Source: an uncultured Actinomycetes bacterium (lineage in GTDB: Bacteria; Actinomycetota; Acidimicrobiia; IMCC26256; BP-133). From it: 64,000 nucleotides of DNA. A model generated the notes under the pieces. It was not told the origin of the DNA and made no database searches. It saw only the letters and a list, made by a program, of their open reading frames with translations. A program made the position numbers and the translations under genes. Numbering within the stretch: position 1 is the stretch's first letter; each line of letters starts with the position of its first letter. This document shows positions 9,446-17,200 of this stretch, piece after piece. The stretch covers positions 518,625 to 582,624 of the forward strand of contig CAWBJP010000003.1 in NCBI GenBank assembly GCA_963789165.1. The letters run 5' to 3'.

Positions 9446-9605
9446 CATGGGTCTGCATGCCCTCACCGCTTTGGCCGTGATCGTCGGGTCCGTCGTTGCG
9501 GCCACGACGATCGGCCTCGCCCTCGTACAGCTCATTGAGCGTGCCTTCCGGGGCTCCCGCCCCCGCCCGACGACGAGTCCTACCACGGACGACGCAGAGA
9601 CCTGA
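9446..9605 (+). CDS. Possible small membrane protein
   Basis: MGLHALTALAVIVGSVVAATTIGLALVQLI..., a single TM helix. No convincing RBS. Confidence 0.3.
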
Positions 9606-9705
9606 CCCGAGCCGAGGGTCGATCGCGGACCGCCGGTAGACGACGGTTCCATTCCTCCCTACAAATGAATGGTAGACATCAGTTGCCATCAACAGGGGAG
9701 GGGTC

Positions 9706-10677
9706 ATGAGCCGACGTCACCTGGGAATCCTTATCGCCGTTCTTCTGGCCATGGGGGTGGTCACCGCGGCGGCCACGCCGCCGACGGGCGTTACCCGCAC
9801 CGACCTGGCCCGGGCCACGATCTCGGCGCCGATCTCCGCCAGTGCGACCGGGGAATCCGACGTGGCGGGCCAGATGGTCACCGTTCCACCGGGCGGGATC
9901 ATCCCCTGGCACAGCCATCCCGGCGCCAACTTCGTGGCCGTCAAAGGCGGGGCGCTGACCGTCTACGTGGGTGGGGCCCAGGGCTGCACCGCCAGCACCT
10001 ACGCGGCTGCCCAGGGGTACCTGGAGCACGTCGGCCAGGTGCACTCCGCCAAGAACGAGGGGTCCGCGGCGGTTGAGGCCTACGTCACCCAGGTCGGCGT
10101 GCCCGTGGGAGCCGAGTTGCGCAAGGCGGAGGCGAACCCCGGCACGGCCAACTGTCCTGCTGACACGACGGCGCCGGCACCTACCGTGACGAACATCGTC
10201 CGGGCCAAGATCAGCGCCCCGTTCGAGGTCCCGTCCACCGCCACTTCCGATGTCACCATGCAGACGATCGTCATCGAGCCCGGCGGCACCGTCGGCTGGC
10301 ACAGCCACGCCTCGCCCACCTTCGTGGCCGTGAAGTCGGGAACCGTGACGCTCTACCAGGCCACGGCAGCGGGCTGCACGTCGCAGGCCTACGCCGCTGG
10401 GCAGGGCTACGTGGAGCCCGTCGGGACCACCCACATGGGCCGCAACGAGGGCACCACCCCGGTCGAGCTCTACGCCACGTACTTGGCCACCCCGGTCGGG
10501 GGCGAGCTGCGCGCCGACCAGCAGAGCCCCGGCGGAGCGAACTGCCCTGACGCGACCACCCCACAGCCCGCTTCCCAGCTGCCTCGTACGGGCCTCCCCG
10601 CCGGGCTGCTGATCACCCTGGCGGTGGGGTTCGCGGGAGCCGGCTCCGCGGCGCGCCTGGTGGCTCGGCGCCGGTAG
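9706..10677 (+). CDS. Secreted bicupin protein with an LPXTG cell-wall sorting signal
   Basis: Signal peptide (MSRRHLGILIAVLLAMGVVTAAA). Two cupin-like modules (GGIIPWHSHPGANFVAVKGG; GGTVGWHSHASPTFVAVKSG). C-terminal QLPRTG followed by a hydrophobic stretch and RRR. Confidence 0.8.
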   Translation: MSRRHLGILIAVLLAMGVVTAAATPPTGVTRTDLARATISAPISASATGESDVAGQMVTVPPGGIIPWHSHPGANFVAVKGGALTVYVGGAQGCTASTYAAAQGYLEHVGQVHSAKNEGSAAVEAYVTQVGVPVGAELRKAEANPGTANCPADTTAPAPTVTNIVRAKISAPFEVPSTATSDVTMQTIVIEPGGTVGWHSHASPTFVAVKSGTVTLYQATAAGCTSQAYAAGQGYVEPVGTTHMGRNEGTTPVELYATYLATPVGGELRADQQSPGGANCPDATTPQPASQLPRTGLPAGLLITLAVGFAGAGSAARLVARRR

Positions 10678-10942
10678 GTTCCTTGCCCTCCGGCGGACCG
10701 AAGGGCCGGATCTTCGGGTTCTCGTAGGGACCCTTGACTCCCGGCTGGGAGGCCGCCCGGGAGCCGGCCTCGGCCCGCACCAGGACGGCATACGTCCCCC
10801 GCTCCGGATCGAGGGAGACCAGGCCGAAGTCCTCGTCGACCTCGTCCTCGGCCAGGCCGAGCAGTTCCCGGGCCGCAGCCAGGGTCGCCCCCTCAGGCGG
10901 GAGTTCCACGGTCACCATGACGGTCGGGTCCGGCAGCGGCAT
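10613..10942 (-). CDS. Small protein resembling the N-terminal domain of the upstream S8 peptidase
   Basis: ATG 10942 follows ggagga, 16 nt after the S8 stop. High GC3. YAVLVRAEAGS...PGVKGPYENPKIRPF parallels GVLVRGEIADD...PDIVGIFADPTIGS in the S8 N-terminal region. Confidence 0.5.
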   Translation of the reverse strand: MPLPDPTVMVTVELPPEGATLAAARELLGLAEDEVDEDFGLVSLDPERGTYAVLVRAEAGSRAASQPGVKGPYENPKIRPFGPPEGKEPTGAEPPGAPRSRLPRTPPPG

Positions 10943-10958
10943 TCCGGTCCTCCTCCCG

Positions 10959-12329
10959 TCACCCCCGCGGCTTGTTGCGCCGCTCGAACGCCTTCATCAG
11001 CCCAGCGACGTCCATGATGCCGTAGCCATAGTCGTAGTCGTACCCGCCGCCGTTGCGATCGTCGGCGGTCCGCTGCAGCAACGTCCGCACCTGCCCGGGG
11101 CTGAGGGTCCGGGGCGGGAACAGGGTACGGATGGCGGCCACCACCCCGGCGGCCACGGGACAGGCCGCCGACGTTCCCGAGTCCGGCTTCCCGGGAAACG
11201 CCTCCGACCCGGTGAAGTGGGTGTAGGTGCACACGTCCGGCTTGCGCTGGTCCAGCCGCCCGGGACCCTGCGACGAGTAGCCCACCCGCTCGCCGGTGAC
11301 GTCGACGCCGCCAACGGAGAGCACCCCCGGATGCGAGTTGGCGCCGCCGATGGGACGGTCGGGGTACTCACAGCGCCCGTCGGGGCAGTCCCGCCCGCAG
11401 TTCCCGGCGGCGAAGACAATGTCGGCCCCCGCCGCCTCGAGGCTCGAGACGATGACGTTGAACGGGTGGGCCCGGCTGTCCGAGTAGTTCCCCGGGGCGC
11501 CCGGCGGGAAATCCCACCCCGGCGAGAAGGACCCCCAGCTGTTGGTCACCACCAGGGCCCGGCCCTCCTCGGGCATGGCGTCGAGGACGGCCCGGAGGTG
11601 GGCATAGGCCGCCACGGCGTCAGAGAGGAGCCCCTCCATAGCGTTCGCCCCCTGGCGCCCGGAGAGCAGCACGGCCATGTCGAGCACGGTCGCCTCGGGG
11701 GCGGCGATCAAAGCGTCGAAGCCACACATCGTCCCGTGGTCGACCTTGTGGGCCCCCGGCGTCGTTCCGACTCCGCTCGGGGTCCAGCTGCGGGCGGCGT
11801 CGAAAGCGAAACTCCGGCCAAGGTGGGCTTCGACGTGGGCCACGTTGACCCCCGAGTCGACTACCGCTAGGGCCACCCCCGCGCCGGTGAAACCAGCCCC
11901 GTGCAGCTCCGAGAGGTGGAGCTCGCCGGCCACGTCGTGCCAGTCCCCCACCGCCGGGCTGTCGCCGCAGGTGGGACACGACCCGATGGTGGGGTCGGCG
12001 AAGATCCCGACGATGTCAGGCCGGGAGCCGCTGAGCAGGGCCAGGCGACTAGCGAGGTTGTCGTCGGCGATCTCGCCCCGCACCAGAACGCCCGCTTCCT
12101 GTGGCTCGAAGGAGAAGGTCAGCTCCTGTTCCAAGGACAGCGGATCGCCACGCGGGTCCACGGGCCGGGGCCGGGGGACGGGCACCGGGGGATAGCCCGG
12201 GTCGATCCGGAACCCCGGCAGGTCCCCGGCGACGGCCTCCGGGCCGGGCGGCGCCACCGCTCCCCTCGTCGCCCGCACGGCGGCCTCGACGACGTCGGGT
12301 GCCGGTCGCATCTGAATGAGGACTCGCAT
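10959..12329 (-). CDS. S8-family (subtilisin-like) serine peptidase without a recognisable signal peptide
   Basis: Catalytic triad contexts: LAVVDSGVN (Asp), DHGTMCG (His), SGTSAACPVAAGVVAAI (Ser). ATG 12329 follows gaggggg. The N-terminus is not hydrophobic. Confidence 0.9.
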   Translation of the reverse strand: MRVLIQMRPAPDVVEAAVRATRGAVAPPGPEAVAGDLPGFRIDPGYPPVPVPRPRPVDPRGDPLSLEQELTFSFEPQEAGVLVRGEIADDNLASRLALLSGSRPDIVGIFADPTIGSCPTCGDSPAVGDWHDVAGELHLSELHGAGFTGAGVALAVVDSGVNVAHVEAHLGRSFAFDAARSWTPSGVGTTPGAHKVDHGTMCGFDALIAAPEATVLDMAVLLSGRQGANAMEGLLSDAVAAYAHLRAVLDAMPEEGRALVVTNSWGSFSPGWDFPPGAPGNYSDSRAHPFNVIVSSLEAAGADIVFAAGNCGRDCPDGRCEYPDRPIGGANSHPGVLSVGGVDVTGERVGYSSQGPGRLDQRKPDVCTYTHFTGSEAFPGKPDSGTSAACPVAAGVVAAIRTLFPPRTLSPGQVRTLLQRTADDRNGGGYDYDYGYGIMDVAGLMKAFERRNKPRG

Positions 12330-12589
12330 CTGGACCCCCTCGTGGCTGGCTCGGGACGAATCCCGCCCCCGGTGTTCCACCTGGAGGAGCGGCGCACTGC
12401 GCCGACCTCGCGGCCTCTAAATCCATACTACTTTTTCGAAGTTCTAGGAAGTATCGTGCTTGTGACGTACGGAACGCCGGCTTCGACACACTCGATACGG
12501 CTTGCCCGTCAATGAAGTACCGCCTTGCAGGGGCGAGGGTGACCCGGGAGCATTGCGACAGCGTGGATCGCTGACCCTTGGAGCGTGTC

Positions 12590-13627
12590 ATGGGCGGCAT
12601 CTTCATCAACTACAGGCGTAACGACTCCGAGTACATCGCGGGCCGGCTCCGAAACGACCTCTCCCGGCGGTTCGGCACCGATTTCCTGATTTTCCGCGAC
12701 GTCGACTCCTTGGCGCTCGGACGCTTCGCGGAGGAGATCGACCAGGCGGTCCGGTCCTGCGACGTGATGGTCGTGGTGATCGGTGACGGTTGGCTCGATG
12801 CCCGCGATGCCTCGGGCAAAAAGCGCCTGGACCAGCCCGACGACTGGGTCCGGCAGGAGATCGCCGCCGGCCTTAGACAGAAGAAGATTCTGGTCCCGGT
12901 ACTGGTCGAGAACGCCCGCCTGCCTTCGGCCCACGAGCTACCGCTGGAGATAGCGGAGCTGGTCGACCAGCAGGCCGTGGAGCTTCCCGACTCCCGGTGG
13001 GATTACGAGGTGGAACAACTGGTCGGAAAGCTGGAGCGGTCGCTCCGGTCGAGAAACCTCTTGCCCTCGGATCAACAGCAGGAATTGCCGGCTCCACCCC
13101 TGCGGGATTCCACCAGGAGGTCTGGGCCCAAATGGGCCTTGGCAATCATCCCCGTCGTTCTTGCCGCCGGTGTGTTCGCCATAGTCCGCTCGAGCGGCTC
13201 CGGCTCGGAGTGCACACGCGACCGAACTCCGGCGCCAGGGCGGACGACTGTTGCCTCCCGTCAGACGGACCGGTCATATACCGGCCCATGGTCGGTGACC
13301 TGCGGTCCCCTCACGCTCACCATCGAGAAGATCGAAACCTCCGCCAGCGCCACCCGGGTTCATGCCCGGGTGGACAACGAGACGGACGACACCCTGATCC
13401 TTTCCGCCAGTCAGTTCAACATGGTCGATGACAACGGACACAGCTATCGAGCGAATCCGTTCTCGAGCGAATGGCCCAAAGACATTCCCCCCGGTGTGCT
13501 CCGCGGGATCGTCGATGTCGTGGAGCCGCTCCGGCCGGAGGCGACAAGTATCAGCGCGGGGTGGGGCACCGTGTTCGGGACCTTCGCGGTCGACCAGATC
13601 TTCGTCGAGGGCATCGGGCTGCGGTAG
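12590..13627 (+). CDS. Membrane-anchored TIR-domain protein with a C-terminal DUF4352-like beta-sandwich
   Basis: N-terminus MGGIFINYRRNDSEYIAGRL...VMVVVIGDGWL...DDWVRQEIAAGL (TIR_2-type motifs including the conserved Glu). TM helix WALAIIPVVLAAGVFAIV. C-terminal LTIEKIETSASATRVHARVDNETDDTLILSASQFNMVDDNGHSY. Confidence 0.85.
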   Translation: MGGIFINYRRNDSEYIAGRLRNDLSRRFGTDFLIFRDVDSLALGRFAEEIDQAVRSCDVMVVVIGDGWLDARDASGKKRLDQPDDWVRQEIAAGLRQKKILVPVLVENARLPSAHELPLEIAELVDQQAVELPDSRWDYEVEQLVGKLERSLRSRNLLPSDQQQELPAPPLRDSTRRSGPKWALAIIPVVLAAGVFAIVRSSGSGSECTRDRTPAPGRTTVASRQTDRSYTGPWSVTCGPLTLTIEKIETSASATRVHARVDNETDDTLILSASQFNMVDDNGHSYRANPFSSEWPKDIPPGVLRGIVDVVEPLRPEATSISAGWGTVFGTFAVDQIFVEGIGLR

Positions 13628-13636
13628 GCGACCGGA

Positions 13637-14173
13637 GTGATCATCGTGCATGCGGGCAATCGAATCGATCCGCCGGGAAGAGTCCCGCCCCGCTTTCCCG
13701 CCCATCGGGAACGGGCGGTCGGGGCCAGGATGGTGGAGCTACTCCAGATTCTCGAGCCCGCAGGCATTGTCAGCGCGGCGGCCGCCGGTGCCGACCTCCT
13801 GTTGGCCGAAGCGGCTCTGGATCGGGCGGTACCCCTCCACGTCGTCCTCCCCTGCCCTCGAGCCCGCTTCCAGGAGGTGTCGGTCGCGGATCAAGGCCCG
13901 CGTTGGGTTCTCGCCTTCGAGCGGGTCCTGAACCATGTCGCCCAAGACACCCGGTCCTCGTTGGAGGAGTTGACGCTCGAGCCGGACGACGCCGGCTTCC
14001 GCATGGCCAACCAGGTGCTGCTGGATCGGGCGGTCAACCTCGGCGCCGACCGGGTACTGGCCGTGGCCGTCCGCCCGAGACAGAGGGAGTCCACGCCGAG
14101 CGTGACCGATGACTTCGTCGACCGCGCCGAGGCGGCCGGATTCTTCGTACTGGAGATCGATCCCGGGCACTGA
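13637..14173 (+). CDS. SLOG/LOG-like Rossmannoid domain protein (tentative)
   Basis: HAGNRIDPPGRVPPRFP...IVSAAAAGADLLLAEAALDRAVPLHVVLPCPRARFQEVSV resembles the N-terminal module of DUF4071/TRAFs-binding-type proteins. The gene starts 10 nt after the TIR stop and ends 40 nt before the CHAT gene. The start could be GTG 13637 or GTG 13646. Confidence 0.5.
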   Translation: MIIVHAGNRIDPPGRVPPRFPAHRERAVGARMVELLQILEPAGIVSAAAAGADLLLAEAALDRAVPLHVVLPCPRARFQEVSVADQGPRWVLAFERVLNHVAQDTRSSLEELTLEPDDAGFRMANQVLLDRAVNLGADRVLAVAVRPRQRESTPSVTDDFVDRAEAAGFFVLEIDPGH

Positions 14174-14213
14174 GCGCAAACGTCCAGCAGGTCAGCCGGA
14201 AGGGGGACCCAAG

Positions 14214-17200
14214 ATGGCGGAGTCCGAGAGCGGGCCCGGCGTCCAAGGCATCTCACTGGCAGGCGAAGGCGTCCGATTCGCCGCGGATCGTGGAGTCGCC
14301 GCCGACACCCGGTCGGACGGCGTCACCGTTGATCCCGTGGCCGCCACCATCAACGCCACCGATGGCTTGCGTATCGCTGAGGCCATCACCATTCGAAACC
14401 TCGAGGTGACCGGGGGCGGCGGTCGAGGTGACGCGCGTGAGGGTGCGCTGGTTGTGGATGTCGGGCGGGCAGAGCCGGGTGAACGACCCGTTGTTCTCGT
14501 CGAAGAGGACGGCCGCTACACCTGGGTCGTTCCCGCCCCAGGCCAGGAACGTCTCCGGTTGCCGGTGGAAGCCGCTCCTGGAAGCCGGGGGCTGGCCGGC
14601 TGGGCTGTTCGCCGCGTGCTTCGCGTGGTGGCCGTGAAGACCGTGGGCTGGGCGGTGCACGAGGCGACGCGGACGATCGTCGGCGGCTGGGACGAACGGC
14701 GCCACCCGCACCGCCTCCGCGCCTGGACGCCCGAGAACCACCGCGACCCCAATGCCCCACCTCCCGACATGCAAGCTCTGGGGGCCGGACCAGCTCTGCT
14801 TGTCATCCACGGGTTCATGGGGTCCGTCCACGGGTCCTTCGGCGACCTGGCGGCTGACGTAGTGCGCGGGTTCCACCGGGCGTATCGCGGCCGCACATTC
14901 GCCTTCGACCACCCGACCCTGGCGGTCTCCCCAAGGAAGAACGCCAAGTGGCTCGCCCAGCAGCTCAGCAGCGAGGGCGTTCCCCTGGTCCTCGATGTCG
15001 TCGCCCACTCGCGGGGCGGGCTCGTCGCCCGCGAGCTGGCTCAGCGACTGAGCGGAGATGGCGTCACGGTGCAGTCGATCACGTTCGTAGCCACCCCGAA
15101 TGACGGCACCCCTCTGGCCGACCCGAAGCGACCCGAGGGGCTTCTCGACGCTCTCACCAACCTGGCTGGCGCAGTGCCGGGCAGCGATGCCCTCCAACTC
15201 GTCTTGGAACTCTTGAAAGACATCGTGGTGGGGTCAGCCTTCACCGGCCTCAAGGGGCTGGTGGCCATGGAGCCGGGCGGGGCCTACCTCAGCGAGCTCA
15301 ATGCTCTACCCGTCCCGGAGGGCTTGGAGCTCCGGGCCATCGCGGCTGACTTCGAACCCCGCAGCGACGCCGGGATCGTCCGGACCGCACACGACCGTTT
15401 GATCGACGCCTACTTCGGTGGGCTTCGCAATGACCTCATCGTTCCCACGCTGAGCACGATCGTGACGAGCGGCGCCTTCGGTGTCCGTGCCGGCCACCGC
15501 CTCGTCCTCGACAGCAGCCGCGGGGTGGACCACAGCTCGTTCTGGACCAACCCCAGGGCCGTAGGCCAGCTCGCCGATTGGCTGCGCCCGGACTGGCGTG
15601 AGCGTCCCCCGGACGAGGTACCTGACGAGGAGACGGACCCCGGAGCCGAGATGGCGCTGCCCCCCGATCCCCGGAGGATCGAAGACGTGGCGGATGCCGT
15701 CAGCCGCCTCCCCGACAGGTCCCGCAAGGCGGTGGAGGAACTTGTCGGAGGCCCGATCAATGAACGGGCCCGCAGACCCACAGGCGACCGTCCAGCCGTG
15801 GTCGTCATCCCGGGAATCATGGGGACGCATCTGCGCCGCCGAGCCGGTGAGCTCATCTGGATCGATCCGTTGCGCCTGATGCGCGGCCACTTCAGTGACT
15901 TGTCCTTGGCACCGCCAGGGGCCGAGGTGGAGCCTGCGGGATTGAACCGCACGTATCTCCCCCTCATCACCCATCTCGCCGAAACGCGGGATGTCTACCT
16001 GGCTCCGTTCGACTGGCGCCTCGACATCCGGGACTCGGCGAACAAGCTGGCGAACCTGATCCAGGACCAGGTTCTCGTAGCCAACCCCACCCGGTCGGTG
16101 CATCTCGTAGCCCATTCGATGGGTGGCCTGGTGGGCCGGTCACTCACCTTCGTAGCTCCGGGCGTGTGGTCCGAAATGGGTGCTGAGCAGCGCGGAGACA
16201 GTGGTCGGCTGGTGATGCTGGGGACACCGAACCGAGGATCGTTTTCCATCGTGCTGACCCTCACGGGCGCAGAGATGATCTTGAAAGCCCTCGCCGCAGT
16301 CGACTTCCGTGCCGACACCAGACGGCTGCTCGAGGTCGTGGCCACCTTCCCGGGCGTGTATCAGATGCTTCCCTCCCTCAGCGTCGGGCCGGGCGACGAC
16401 CGGCACCGCGACCTGTTTACCGCCACCAACTGGGGCAGTCGGTCACCGGTTCAGCAGGCCCTTCTTTCCGATGCGGTCGAGTTCCACGCCGCCCTGGAAG
16501 AAGCGCACCGGAACCTGAGCGATACGGACCTCGCCCGCATGACGTCCGTCGCCGGGTACGGCGTCGCCACCCCTTATCGGCTGGAGATCACCGAACCCGG
16601 GTCGTTCAGCGTCGGTCGGGTGCTGAGGGGCGACGGCCGCGTGGCGATGGCTCTCAATCACCTCGACGGCGTGACCCGCTACTACTGCAAGGCATCCCAT
16701 GGTGCGCTGCCGTCGGCACCGGATGTCCTGGCCTCGCTCGGGGAACTGCTGGCCGGGAACCCTGGCCAGTTGGAGCGTGAGGCGCCCGAATCCCGAGGCG
16801 CCGAGGCCATGGACCGGCCGCCGATGATCCCCGTCGAACTCTTCGACTCGGTACCCACCGGCGGGACACGCTCCGGCGTCGCCGTCGTAGGCCGGCGCCA
16901 GGCGGAGGCGCGCCTGGTCGAGGCTCTCAGACCCTCGTTGGGCGGAGGCCTCGCCCCTCCCGAACGGGTGCAGGTCAAGGTCCGCGTGGTCCATGCCAGC
17001 CTCGAACAGGCCGATTTCCCGGTCGCTGTCGGTCATTACACGGGGGTCCCGGTCGACGGGTCGGAAGGGTTTCTCGACCGCAAGCTGTTGGGTGCCCTGC
17101 GCCAACGGCAGTACCTCGGGCAATATCCCGAACGGGCAGGGACGGCCGTGTACATCCCGGCCCCGCCTGGCCACCAGCCCCGGGGGGCGCTGATATTGGG

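Noticed and set aside
9679-10791. 370-aa minus-strand ORF over the bicupin gene
   Set aside because: The plus-strand frame has a signal peptide, two cupin motifs and LPXTG. The minus frame has no features.
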